A stretch of DNA of 63,761 nt, filler included, from Octopus bimaculoides (Eukaryota), in the NCBI RefSeq assembly GCF_001194135.2. It is 9 parts of 9 records of this genome, joined end to end, with 100 filler letters (N's around TTAATTAATTAA, not from the genome) between each part and the next. Parts side by side here need not be neighbours in the genome. Positions count along the whole stretch, not along the records: positions 1 to 7,604 come from NC_069004.1; positions 7,705 to 12,551 come from NC_068982.1; positions 12,652 to 22,106 come from NC_068987.1; 6 more parts are not named here. One strand, given 5' to 3'. The position numbers were made by a program, and so were the translations under genes. The notes below the pieces were generated by a model. The model saw nothing but the letters and a program-made list of their open reading frames with translations, had not been told where the DNA came from and searched no databases. Position 1 is the stretch's first letter. Every line of letters starts with the position of its first letter. This document shows, piece after piece, positions 1 through 14,245 of this stretch.

Positions 1-184
1 TATATGCAGAGAAAGAGACTGAGAGAGAGAGAGAGAGAGAATGTGGTAGCGAGAGACAGAAACAGAGAGAGAGAGAGGGAGGGAGAGGAAGGAAGAGAGA
101 GAATGAGGGTGCGAAGGGGAGAGAGAGGACGAGAGAGAAAAACATTTATGCAAGTATACATATCTATACATATATAAAATTACA

Positions 185-237
<53 letters not shown>

Positions 238-334
238 ACATACATATATATATATCATTATAAATAAATAGATAGATAGATATATGTATGTGTGTATGTA
301 CTAGCATCCAGCACTGAGTAATTAAGGAATCCAC

Positions 335-700
335 TTCGCAATCAGTCGAAAGACGCCTGTTGTTATTTTAAATTGTTTGTATTCGTAATTGTGTACCATG
401 TTCTCCGTTTTTTGCTTGACTGTTTGTTTTTTTGTCTTTGTTGTCGTGCACATTCACTAGCTTTCTTACAAAGAGGCCTAATGCTCTTAGCTTAGACATT
501 TTGGGGTCAACCAGATCGAACCATCTCAAGAGGAACCGCCCGAAATGGTTGTGACTTCTGGTACTTGACTGATGAAAAAAAGCCAAGAATGACCCGTCAT
601 TTTTTGCCTGTCCTTCTAATTGTTGTTCCTCTTGTCCACCTTTGTGTCGTCTACCTGTCCGAACGTTCTAATTCCCTCCATTGCGTTTTTGTTCCATTTA
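335..700 (+). repeat. Dispersed repeat family X, copy 1 (segment C followed by segment A)
   Basis: 340-575 aligns by eye to the reverse complement of 35631-35840 (aattgtgtaccatgttctc...taatgctcttagcttagac...accagatcgaa...cccgaaa). 580-700 aligns to the reverse complement of 36230-36370 (gtccttctaattgttgtt.ctcttgtcc). Confidence 0.75.
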
Positions 701-975
701 TTTATATATATTAGCTGCTTTCTCGTATACGAGCAAAGCCATTGGTTGAAAGAATCGTCGAAATGATTCATTGTCGATGCAATGTGAGGCCCTTCCGTGA
801 CTCTTGAACCCGGTCAAAGATTTGTACATTCTATTGCATAATGCACAGTTGTCCTGGCTGGCAGAAGAAATAGTTGCCATAGTATGAACTATTTTGATAG
901 ACTTTATCAATCCTCCAACGGAGAGGCACAGCCTTCCATATGTTTATATAGTTCGAAGTGTAGAATACAGAAGAC
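698..975 (-). mobile_element. Probable 3' end of a non-LTR retrotransposon ORF with a C2H2 zinc finger
   Basis: Translation CALCNRMYKSLTGFKSHGRASH fits C-x2-C-x12-H-x4-H. The ORF ends in a TA-rich tract and upstream frames are broken. Assignment to a LINE C-terminus is inference. Confidence 0.45.
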
Positions 976-993
976 TAAGCCAGGTGTGCCTGA

Positions 994-1860
<867 letters not shown>

Positions 1861-2195
1861 TTGGTGTATATAGTATATCTCCGTGCAATAAAGCGAACCA
1901 TTGAAGCACAGGTGTTCTCTCTCATCCGTCAAATATAATGACCGTGGTGTTTTGCGATGTTTAATTTCATTGGCAGACATGTTGCTGTGTTTGGTGGGGG
2001 CGGTGGTGTTTATGGTGGTGGTGGTTGTGTTGTTGTTGTTGGTGGTGGTGTTAGTGAGCGGACAAATTATAGGGGACCGAGGAGCGAGGGACTCCACGCT
2101 GTGTCTTGCCATTATTTCCAGCGACAGCTTGTTTCAGCTTCATCTGATTATTGGTGCTCTGAAAGTCTATCTTTGTGTGACGGAATGACTGAATA

Positions 2196-2245
<50 letters not shown>

Positions 2246-2906
2246 NNNNNNNNNNNNNNNNNNNNNNNNNNNNNNNNNNNNNNNNNNNNNNNNNNNNNNN
2301 NNNNNNNNNNNNNNNNNNNNNNNNNNNNNNNNNNNNNNNNNNNNNNNNNNNNNNNNNNNNNNNNNNNNNNNNNNNNNNNNNNNNNNNNNNNNNNNNNNNN
2401 NNNNNNNNNNNNNNNNNNNNNNNNNNNNNNNNNNNNNNNNNNNNNNNNNNNNNNNNNNNNNNNNNNNNNNNNNNNNNNNNNNNNNNNNNNNNNNNNNNNN
2501 NNNNNNNNNNNNNNNNNNNNNNNNNNNNNNNNNNNNNNNNNNNNNNNNNNNNNNNNNNNNNNNNNNNNNNNNNNNNNNNNNNNNNNNNNNNNNNNNNNNN
2601 NNNNNNNNNNNNNNNNNNNNNNNNNNNNNNNNNNNNNNNNNNNNNNNNNNNNNNNNNNNNNNNNNNNNNNNNNNNNNNNNNNNNNNNNNNNNNNNNNNNN
2701 NNNNNNNNNNNNNNNNNNNNNNNNNNNNNNNNNNNNNNNNNNNNNNNNNNNNNNNNNNNNNNNNNNNNNNNNNNNNNNNNNNNNNNNNNNNNNNNNNNNN
2801 NNNNNNNNNNNNNNNNNNNNNNNNNNNNNNNNNNNNNNNNNNNNNNNNNNNNNNNNNNNNNNNNNNNNNNNNNNNNNNNNNNNNNNNNNNNNNNNNNNNN
2901 NNNNNN

Positions 2907-2939
<33 letters not shown>

Positions 2940-3272
2940 TTATTTATGTAGATGTATGATAATAGATGTGCATATGCATACAAATTATTTCAATATTTGT
3001 GTGCATATATGCGTGTGTCGTGCGCGCGCATGCGTGCGTTTGTATAGATAATAGATGAATACATTTTTACTGTACATCAGACATCAACTAATCAAAACAC
3101 GAAGTATTTGGATATTTTTCACGAGGAATGCTGAATAGTTAATTAAAAATTAATTATAATTATAACAACGACCATATCTTTGCGAAGTGATTAAGACGAA
3201 ATGGATAAAAAGTAAAATTCCCATCCAAAACACACACACACACGCACGCGCACATAAATTTAAACCTACACG

Positions 3273-3326
<54 letters not shown>

Positions 3327-4214
3327 AATATATACACACACACACAATGTATATAAGTGCATGCAGATATGTCTAAGTGTGTATGCATACACACACACAT
3401 ATAAATATGTGTGTGTGTATGTATGTATGCATGTTTGTGTGTACATATGGATGGATGTAAGTATATATGCATGTTTGTATGTATCTAGCAATCTATCTAT
3501 CTATCTGTCTGTCTGTTCCTCTCTCTCGCTCTCCATATATATATATATATATATATTTACATATATATATACATATATATGTGTGTGTGTGTGTTTGTCT
3601 GCGTGTATGCGTGTGTGAGTAAGAATGAGCTTGTCTATATTTATGTATGCATATATATGATATTAATGTATTAAGCGTTAATACAATCCTACGTACCTGT
3701 GTTTCCAGAGTTATCTTATCAAGCAGAAGAGAATGAAACGAAATTTTATTAATGAAACATTAGCTGGTATAGCATGCGTCCAGGTCACACTGGGTCGATA
3801 TAAAATGAACGAAAAGAAGGGTTAGGATGAAACGAAATCGTCAAATATGTGCAGGATTACATTTTATTTTACTCAGCCAGCTAAACACATCTAAACGGCT
3901 TCAGTTTGTAAGATATTAATTTAAAAATTCAATGCATATGTCAGTTAGGTATGTGGTTCACAGCACACATCTTAGCTAATTTTAAAAAATGAGGCAATTT
4001 TTGCGGAAAGACCTTGATAAATAATAATTAATTAGCGTTATGACAATAGTGCCTATATGAAGGAAATTAGATGGAATGCTGGAATTCCAGTTGTGACATA
4101 CGAACTAGATGAGCATGCATACGTAACGGGTATACAAATATGCATACATACTTACACAGCTTACGTGTATATGTTTATGCATAGACACGCATGCATACGC
4201 GCACATACATGGAT

Positions 4215-4268
<54 letters not shown>

Positions 4269-4309
4269 TCTATCTATCTAATATCGAGGTCTCATTCTTT
4301 TGTTGTCAC

Positions 4310-4371
<62 letters not shown>

Positions 4372-5496
4372 GTTGTTGTTGTTGTTGTTGTATATATATG
4401 CATATGTGTGAATATATCTAAATATATTTGCGTATATATATGTATATATATAAGTATTTGTATATATATTTCTGTATATGTATTTATATACATATACAGA
4501 GTGTTAACGATTCTGACATGTCGTCGCCTTATATGTACGTAGTTATTGCTAGGTGAAGGATTGTCACAGCATGTGACCCTTTACAACACCAGAGAGACAG
4601 ATGGGAGGGAAGGACCCATAAAGCAATGAACTAGACCGAGTCCTTAAAGAATGTGCACTCATCTAAGATAACCAGGGACCCTGCGCTGGTGCACAATCGA
4701 ATGAAGGATGAAACCTACCTCGCAAGAAATTGTTTGCTGGTTGGCTGGCGCATTTGCAGCCTTGCTTGCTGCGAGCCTAGTTGTGTCCGTTACCTAGCGA
4801 GACATAGGATTCTTAGATAAAGTTTCTGGAAGTTCTTTGTCCGGTTGTTGAAAGTGCACCTGGACGGATTCCCAGTTTTTGTTTAAAGGTATTGGTTAGT
4901 TTTGTCTTGTATTATATTATTGCATTATTGAAGGGCTTGCAGAGCTTTGCAAAACTAAAATGAAAGGAATTTCAAAGGAAAAAAAAAAATCATCAAATTA
5001 ATTATAAATATAGCCCAAAGCTCGATTGGTGTGAGTGTGGAGATAAATATTTAAAAACAAAATTTCTTGAAAATGTCGGAAATACGAAGCCAAACGAAGG
5101 GTTTTAGTAAGAGAATGAATAATGGATTCCATCACCAGAAGTTATAAGTAGACGTAATCACACACGCGCACATCATACGTATACATCTACACACGATCAC
5201 ACTTGTTATACTCATACAGACACACACTCACATGACTTCACACACACACACACACACGTTTATATAAGTGTGCGTATATGCATATATAGTGAATATGCTT
5301 TTGAGTTCTTATACACCTATGTACACCAACAATAGACTCACCCATCCTTCAAGCGCACACACACGCAAATGCATACGCACATCTCCATTTACAAACATCT
5401 AGCTAACCATGTACACACACACACATACACAATTACATACGCAAAGACACACTCACTTATATATGTATATATATATATATGTATATATACATATAG

Positions 5497-5549
<53 letters not shown>

Positions 5550-5819
5550 CATATACAAATACACACACAAACAAACAAACACACACACGTTTAAACACAT
5601 ATATTTGTATATATCATACGCGAGTTTATTCACATAGTTTGTATACCAGTAAGTATATGTATGCATGTCTATTATATATATATATATACATTCACACATA
5701 CATACATATAAACATACACACACTCATATATGTGTGTGTATATAATGCATTTTCCTGATGCTTGCAACGACGTTCTTCAGTGTTTCCATGTATTATGTTT
5801 TACCTTCAAGCATCGTGTT

Positions 5820-6003
5820 GCAAACGTCACATATTGAAAACGAAAACGTTCATCCGGAATTAAAGATGGCGTCGAACTACTGGAATTCTATTGGCCGATC
5901 TACGTCATATGTGTTTTGAACGAAGATTGAGATGTTTTTTTCTTTTTTGCAGAATATGGAGCCAAAATGGAAAATTCGTGAATAACAAATGAAATAGGTA
6001 AGT
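5820..6003 (+). promoter_or_regulatory. Candidate promoter / non-coding exon
   Basis: Locally CpG-rich. AAGATGGCG (YY1-type motif) at 5863-5871, ATTGG and TACGTCA nearby. Then ttttttgcAG|45 nt (5953-5997)|GTAAGT with stops in all three frames. Confidence 0.25.
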
Positions 6004-6667
6004 TAATCGAAAGAATTTAGTTTGAAAACCGAAACTATTATTAAGAAGTTTTATATTCATCTTTTTTATTATATGTTATTTAGAAAATAGTATTACAATA
6101 GCTTCAGCCGTTCAGTGATTACAAAATGGCATTTGCAATTGTAGAGTGTAATCCCAGCGGCAGCAGTGCGACACGATGGTTTGTAACGTGTACCGCATTA
6201 TTAGACAACGAAACACTTCTCTGAAAAGTAAAAACAGTGCAGTATAGTACAGTATATGAAGGTATGCAGGTGGTAATGGGATCGCGACTTAAATATGCTT
6301 AGTGCTAACGCATTTTTTGCAACGCCTATATCGGTGTTGGAAGAAACGTGCTGGCGCAAAAACTTGCAAAAGGTTTCTTTCTCAAGGCAACATAAGTAGA
6401 GTAAGCAGATGAAAAAAATATTTATTAAAGTTACATTTACTATCAATATTATGACGAGCAAGTTTCGCATTAAGTTACATGTATATATAGGCATATATAT
6501 TCTTACAGACGTATCAGATAATCACATATCTATTGTACACTCGTACAAGTATGCAATGGACATATACATACATATATTCATAGATATGTAAATATCTGTC
6601 ACACACACACACACACACATATATACATAGATATTTGTACACGTATATGTATACATATATATGTAAA

Positions 6668-6720
<53 letters not shown>

Positions 6721-7547
6721 ATATATATATATGCTATATATATGTGTATATATAAATACATACATACATACATACATATATANNNNNNNNNNNNNNNNNN
6801 NNNNNNNNNNNNNNNNNNNNNNNNNNNNNNNNNNNNNNNNNNNNNNNNNNNNNNNNNNNNNNNNNNNNNNNNNNNNNNNNNNNNNNNNNNNNNNNNNNNN
6901 NNNNNNNNNNNNNNNNNNNNNNNNNNNNNNNNNNNNNNNNNNNNNNNNNNNNNNNNNNNNNNNNNNNNNNNNNNNNNNNNNNNNNNNNNNNNNNNTATAT
7001 ATATATACACGAGCGCATGCACACACACACACAAGCACTTAATCTCAGTAATAATATATAAACAGCAAATATTATATCAAACGCAGGTTATGGAAGCTTT
7101 TAAAACACTCTGCTAGTTTCAGACACTAAATTGTAGACTAATAAACCAAAATAGTGGTGAACTTTTTTTTGAAATATATATAATTCTTTTTTTTAATAAA
7201 AATATACCGTACCATTGAATAGTTCTGATTAGGAAAAGCTGATTTATCGATATCATTGATATCATGTTGTTATAATTAAATGGTGATTGATTGATTGGAT
7301 AGATTGCTTGACTGATTATGTGATTGATTGATTTCGACACAAAATAACGAGGCAATGTGATTAGTGGCCATTATATAACGGCTTTGTTATCTATCTAGCT
7401 ACATCATAACATTCTTATATAAACACATACATACACATAGATACACACACACAGGCGAACATGTATTTATATATAAACATATTTAGATTTAAATTGATGT
7501 CTAAGCATGATATACATACATATATACATACATAGAAACATGCATGA

Positions 7548-7604
<57 letters not shown>

Positions 7605-7648
7605 NNNNNNNNNNNNNNNNNNNNNNNNNNNNNNNNNNNNNNNNNNNN

Positions 7649-7660
7649 TTAATTAATTAA
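7649..7660. other. Assembly spacer TTAATTAATTAA inside N gaps (also 12596, 22151, 35575, 37728, 47530, 51465, 61925)
   Basis: The identical 12-mer occurs eight times, always centred in N runs, and carries stops in all six frames. It is an artificial linker. Confidence 0.95.
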
Positions 7661-7704
7661 NNNNNNNNNNNNNNNNNNNNNNNNNNNNNNNNNNNNNNNN
7701 NNNN

Positions 7705-7762
<58 letters not shown>

Positions 7763-9156
7763 GTGATATCTTAATCACGCAATTGACTGTAGACAGTCGT
7801 TGAAAATCAGAGTGATCATTAATCTTTAGTTTTCTGAGTCCTTATTGTTTCTTCGTGGTTTAATATGCATTGCTCGAGTTTATATCAAAAGTCATGGTAT
7901 AACATTCATTCTCTATTCTCGTGGCCATAGAAATGCTTTTTTTAACAGACCGTGCTTCAACATTCACGTGCTCTCTATTACGTCAATATCTTTTAAACAG
8001 ATGTGCTGTCTATGCCACATTTCTTGCATTCGATGGCGTACACTATAGAAATTACAAAACTTTAGTCAACATTTCCAAACAGAAAATATTAAAGCTACAT
8101 ACTTTTTTAGACTAGAACTTCATCTTTAAATAGATATTTCTTCAGTGAAGTCACAGAATCAGTGACTCATATGTTCAACCATTTTCTCCATACAAGGAAT
8201 CTAGTTACATCGGTAACAGCGGTGAATCTTGACACAGCAGGTCTTCTGCTTTACATGTATATTTTTCTTCCCTTTTTTTTTTGTTTTTCTCATACTCTTC
8301 GAACTTAACTTAATAAAGGTCTCGCTATACAATTTTCGTCTCTAAATGTTTCAGAAACTCTGGAATTTCTCGCCCTTGTTTTCCGCCTTTATACATTCAA
8401 AACACTTCTTTTACATTCAAAACACAATTCTTTTGGACTCACTCTCCGTAGAGTAGCTGAATATGGTGCCTTCGACAGTTATTTTCAGATAGAAATCGAG
8501 GATTGAAAGCAATCCCAAGTCTACCGAATATTCGAAGTTATAACTAATGTGCACCCTTACAGTATCAGATGTCTTGAAAATATTTTGCATGCTTCTTCAT
8601 AAGAAGAAATTTATATAAAACTAGCAAATTATATGAGGCTACTTATATAATTTATACAAGACTTTCAAAATCGTATCCCGTAATGAAGACAGAGAAGAGG
8701 CATGTAGTGGTTATTTATAGTGCAAGTTTATGCATGTATAAGAGCGTTAGTAAACATAGTAAAAATCGATCACATTTACTGTAAGCTATCGATCTGTTTG
8801 TAAATTCAGCCTTATCAAAATGGATACAGATGTTGGTCAGGTAGATGACAGTCGGTTGTCGGTTGAGGAACTAACGAGAAAGCGATGACGTGGACTCTTG
8901 TCCCGTCTGAAATAGCAGCCAAGTCTCTTTTGAATCACATCATATCGCCTTAGAAAATATAGGACAAGCTGGATAATGTAATCCTACAACCACTAAACTT
9001 TATGCCTTATAAAGACACGAGAAGGTCACGGCTTTGAGACCATAACCAACCTGTACAACTTTCTCAATCAGAGATAACCTTTAAGCATGGTCTAAATAAC
9101 AAGAACAGTTGTTGTATATCTTATAACTCTAGTTTGAAACAGGTAACGACGTCGGC

Positions 9157-9375
9157 GAGAGAGGGGGAGAGAGAGAGCGAGAGAGGGGAGAGAGAGCGAT
9201 AGAGGGGAAGAGAGAGCGATAGAGGGGAAGAGAGAGAGAGGGGAGAGAGAGAGAGCGAGGGAAGGGGAGAGAGAGAGCGAGGGAAGGGGAGAGAGAGAGC
9301 GAGAGAAGGGGAGAGAGAGAGCGAGAGAGAAAAAGCGAAAGAGAGAGAGCGAGAGAGGGGGAGAGAGAGAAACAG
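9157..9375. repeat. GA-rich minisatellite (about 19-21 bp unit)
   Basis: Tandem units resembling gagagaggggagagagagcga. Confidence 0.85.
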
Positions 9376-9563
9376 ATAGACAGACTGGTAAAAGACAAAC
9401 AGACAAAAAGACAGTCAGGCAGCCAGGCAAATCATATCGAAGGTTTATCTCGGTTGAAATACACTGGTTAGGGTTAGCAATGGTCAACTAATTATGCCGT
9501 TAGAGTGATAGATGTGTCTCATATAAATGGTTAACAATTCTAGTTAGCAGTATTGATATGTCG

Positions 9564-9795
9564 AGGTGGCGAGCTGGCAGAAACATTAGCACGCCGGGTG
9601 AAAGGCTTAGCGGTATTTCGTCTGCCGTGACGTTCTGAGTTCAAATTCCGCCGAGGTCGACTTTGCCTTTCATCCTTTCGGGGTCGATAAATTAAGTACC
9701 AGTTACGCACTGGGGTCGATGTAATCGACTTAATCCCTTTGTCTGTCCTTGTTTGTCCCCTCTATGTTTAGCCCCTTGTGGGCAGTAAGGAAATA
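9564..9795 (+). mobile_element. tRNA-derived SINE family A, full length, with TSD
   Basis: Head GGCGAGCTGGCAGAAAC (A box) ... GAGTTCAAATTCC (B box); core gactttgcctttcatcctttcggggtcgataaattaagtacc. Perfect 15-bp TSD agtattgatatgtcg at 9549-9563 and 9796-9810. Confidence 0.93.
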
Positions 9796-10563
9796 AGTAT
9801 TGATATGTCGTGTATATATGTGTGTGTGAATATGTCAGCGTACGTGTACTTGTAAGCACATATACATTCATATATACATAAATGTACAAGTATTTGTGTT
9901 TATAAGGCAGTATAGAGAGAAAAAATGTGAAGTTGTTTATAAGATGTTTAACAACTTCTCATGTCTTGTTTTCATTTCTAAAATATAATCTGTAGATCAT
10001 CCAGGCTTAATAACAAGAGATAAAATTACAATACACGAAATGCAATTCACATTAAATTTTCAATACTGGTTTTTTGTCAAGCAATTCCGAGTTTTAAATT
10101 GCAATACTATGTGTAGGTATGTGCGTGAGTGCGTACATGCGTGCGTGTGTGTGTGTGTGTGTTTGTGTGTGTGTGTAAATATATATATATATATANNNNN
10201 NNNNNNNNNNNNNNNNNNNNNNNNNNNNNNNNNNNNNNNNNNNNNNNNNNNNNNNNNNNNNNNNNNNNNNNNNNNNNNNNNNNNNNNNNNNNNNNNNNNN
10301 NNNNNNNNNNNNNNNNNNNNNNNNNNNNNNNNNNNNNNNNNNNNNNNNNNNNNNNNNNNNNNNNNNNNNNNNNNNNNNNNNNNNNNNNNNNNNNNNNNNN
10401 NNNNNNNNNNNNNNNNNNNNNNNNNNNNNNNNNNNNNNNNNNNNNNNNNNNNNNNNNNNNNNNNNNNNNNNNNNNNNNNNNNNNNNNNNNNNNNNNNNNN
10501 NNNNNNNNNNNNNNNNNNNNNNNNNNNNNNNNNNNNNNNNNNNNNNNNNNNNNNNNNNNNNNN

Positions 10564-10604
<41 letters not shown>

Positions 10605-12651
10605 TTAGAAGACTGATATGTATACGCATTAAATATATCTGTAAGTTTGTGATGTATTTGGGTTGTTTTTTCCATTGGGTTTTTCGTTGTTTGTTTGTGG
10701 GGGGTTTGTTTTTTTCTTTTTCGGGTTAGAATTTCAACTTCTGCCTAACTTAATCGTGTTTTGAATCCTAATTGAAAACAATTTAGGAGGAAAGAGATAA
10801 AGAAAAGGGGTAAAATATTTTCATAACAATTTTCAGTAGCAACCTTTACAAATTACACAGAGTTTGATTAGGACAGATAAATATCTTATGGCGGCGGCGG
10901 CGGTGGCGGTGTACAGCAGAATTTTAGGTAGGGAATAGAAGATATCTTATGGCGCTTAATACCTATCTTTCACAATCTGAGTTTAAATGACGGACTCTCC
11001 TGTTGATCAGCTGGATGACTAATACATTGCGTTAGCATACAAAGAGGCTAAGTACTCTACGGACACATATACCCTTCACATAATTTTCAAGTAAAATCGA
11101 AGTGACACTGAATAACATAACTAAACCTTATGAATTACTGTTACAGGTTTGTACGCAATTTCCCTTCTATCCAAATTCACTAATGGCCGCGAAACGAACT
11201 GGCTAACCACCCAGTCATGACTTCGTTTGCCTTTTGGTTAAGACCAAATGTAATATACAGTATATATATATATAGATACTTAACTATCTTCTAACCAAGT
11301 AACTACAATGAATACCAGTAACTTCCTAAGGTCGATATTATCAAAAATAATCAAACATACTCAAGAAGGCAGTGCTCCAGCATGGCTACAACCTAATGAC
11401 TGGATTCAGAAGAATAATAAAAGAATAATTTATTTAAGATCGGTGTGTTTTTAATATATCTCATATGTCAATGTAGAGACTCAGCAATGGTGTTATATTT
11501 CTAATAGAAATATGATATAACAGTAATAGAAGAGAGATGCACACACAAATAGTGTACTTGTTAGCTGTAATAAATATGTTGTAATAAATATTAGGAATAT
11601 TTTATGTCGTTTTACATAGAATTGCCTTAAATTTGAAATTGTTTTATGTACCGAATATAAAATAAAGGTCTTTGATCCTGTGTTATTAAATACATAAACA
11701 CATAAACACATACACACACAACACACACACGACTGCATATATATTTTTAATGCGTATGTGTGCGTGTGTGTGTGTATGTGTGTAAGGTGCGCGTGTATGT
11801 ATACGTACACATATGGAGCCATAACCAGCTAATGTGTAATGGCATGGAGTCGTATTAGTCGTAATAATGAAATGAAACCAAATAGTGATATTTTGAGATC
11901 ATTTAATACGTACGTTTCAGGTTTGCGTCATATACAATAGGAAATACATCCATTTTGTAAACCTTTCTCAGATACAGTATTTCAAAAATAGGAAGAAATT
12001 GATGGGAAATTCTAATATATATATGGTTAGGATAGTGAGTCAGCTACTAAGTTAGGAGTATAGATATGTATATAGATGGGGAGAGAGAGAGAAAACCAGA
12101 AGGGGAGAGGAAAGAGAAAATCAAAGAGGAAAATTAGGAGAAGGATATGTAAAGTGAGATAATGGAAGGGGAAAGAAAGGATGTACAAGTGAAGTGAAAG
12201 AAAATGGGACAGTTTTTCTTGTTAGCAAAGAAATCTAAATAAAGTTGAAGAGTAGTAGTATGCTGGGAACGTCATGAATTTGGATGAGGCGGGATTTTAA
12301 GAGTGATAAGGAAGGGAGTGAAATGTGTTAAATGCGGACAGAGTATATAGTGTAAATATGTATACAGTGAAATCGGTAAGTAGAGACTGTATACAATGAA
12401 ATCGATAAGTAGAAATGGTAGTAGAAACTTTTGCACTTCGTTCAAATTTTGGATCTTGTGCTTGAAAAATAAATCTCGTAAACCCGGGGTCTCGTAAAGA
12501 GGGTCCTCGTAAAATGAGGTATTACTCTGTGTGCGTGTATATATATATATANNNNNNNNNNNNNNNNNNNNNNNNNNNNNNNNNNNNNNNNNNNNTTAAT
12601 TAATTAANNNNNNNNNNNNNNNNNNNNNNNNNNNNNNNNNNNNNNNNNNNN

Positions 12652-12900
12652 TGTTTGTCCCCTCTATGTTTAGCCCCTTGTAGGCAATAAAGAAATAAGA
12701 ACAGTTAGCACGCCGGGCAAGATGTTCAACAGAATATCGTCCGTTTTTACGTTCTGAGTTCAAATTCCACCGAAGTCTATTTTCCTTTAATCCTTTCGTG
12801 GTAGCGATAAAATAATTAACAGCTGAGCTCTGGGGGTGGATATAATCGACTTAACCCCCTCTCCAAATTGCTAGCCTTGCGCCAAAATTTGAAACTAATA
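12652..12900 (+). mobile_element. SINE A tail joined to a head-truncated SINE A' copy
   Basis: Tail ...gcaataaagaaataa (ends 12698) is followed directly by gaacagttagcacgccggg...gagttcaaattcc...ccaaaatttgaaac. Confidence 0.85.
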
Positions 12901-13099
12901 CTACTCAATGATTTTCTTTAAAAGACAAAAAGGGTCAATAAAATGAAGTACTAATTAATTACGGTAGCCGACGTTAGCCATTAACGCCTCACCTCAAAAT
13001 TCCTGACCTTGTGATTAAATCAGAAATCATTATATTACATTGAAACTTTACGGTACTGTAATGAGATTGTCTTTATATTGTTCACGATACTTTTTCACG

Positions 13100-13350
13100 T
13101 CTGGCCGTATAGCCTTTTTTGTTTGTTTATTTCACCGTTTCGTTTTCCTGTCTTGTTTTCCGTCCGCCACTATCCTCCATGGAACAAATTTAATTTGTGT
13201 CCGTGGGAAGAGCCATTTTAACGATGCGTCCTGCCCTATCTCTTCGAAACGCCAGTGTTATAATGGTGGCAGCTGATGAAGGAAATGTTCTCTATGTGAC
13301 CTGTGTGTTTTCTGTACCCTGTTTATCATTTTGTCCATGTTTTTTTTGCA
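13100..13350 (+). repeat. Possible Penelope-like terminal repeat remnant
   Basis: Contains ttcgaaacg and gctgatgaagga motifs resembling those at the other putative PLE ends in the window. No ORF. Confidence 0.3.
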
Positions 13351-13766
13351 ACGTCATGTACCCAGATATACATCTATATATACATGTAGATGAAGGTATG
13401 TACATACATGTACATACATATGCATATACTCATATATTATATATATNNNNNNNNNNNNNNNNNNNNNNNNNNNNNNNNNNNNNNNNNNNNNNNNNNNNNN
13501 NNNNNNNNNNNNNNNNNNNNNNNNNNNNNNNNNNNNNNNNNNNNNNNNNNNNNNNNNNNNNNNNNNNNNNNNNNNNNNNNNNNNNNNNNNNNNNNNNNNN
13601 NNNNNNNNNNNNNNNNNNNNNNNNNNNNNNNNNNNNNNNNNNNNNNNNNNNNNNNNNNNNNNNNNNNNNNNNNNNNNNNNNNNNNNNNNNNNNNNNNNNN
13701 NNNNNNNNNNNNNNNNNNNNNNNNNNNNNNNNNNNNNNNNNNNNNNNNNNNNNNNNNNNNNNNNNN

Positions 13767-13831
13767 AATTTGAGAAGAACGTGAAAGAAGTAGCTGAAAG
13801 AAAATATAACTTCACCTTCGGAGAAGAAAAG
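13767..13831 (+). CDS. Natriuretic peptide receptor / receptor guanylyl cyclase-like gene, ectodomain exon (5' part lost in gap)
   Basis: Translates FEKNVKEVAERKYNFTFGEEK and ends phase 0 at AAG|gtatat. Joins in frame to ANYLIGTFY at 20655, giving the family-typical F..VK..A...YNFTF.EE.NY..G.FYD..LY..ALNETL string. Confidence 0.8.
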
Positions 13832-14245
13832 GTATATTCTCTCTTGTTCGTTGCTATAGACTAAAACACATGCACGCACACAAACACACGCACACGCACG
13901 TACGCTCGCACACACGCGCGCACGCACATAAATGCACACACACACACACACACACACACACAAGCACATGCACACATACTGCCTCCCACCACTGGAGTGA
14001 AAACTTATTTCTTAATTGCATGGATAAAGTCAGTTAATCGAAGTTTTTCAACTCACCTCATTACACATAATGAGAATGTGCCCCCCCCCACGCATACATG
14101 TGTGTGTGTGTATTTTATGCAGAACGTGCCCTGTTGTATTTTTCCTTCAGCTCTATTGTAGAGATTTATAATCAGTACAACCCTATTTAACCTCTATTTC
14201 TGTATACATACTAATCAAATCGTCATCCTGCCAACTGAGATGACT

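Noticed and set aside
4561-4930. Possible solo LTR starting TGTCACA
   Set aside because: No matching CA terminus, TSD or second copy found.
5953-5997. 45-nt AG/GT-bounded segment as a coding exon of the receptor gene
   Set aside because: Stop codons in all three frames; kept only as a possible non-coding exon.
13240-13290. Permuted (type II) hammerhead: GAAAC...CTGATGA
   Set aside because: No stem I pairing and the cleavage triplet is GCC.
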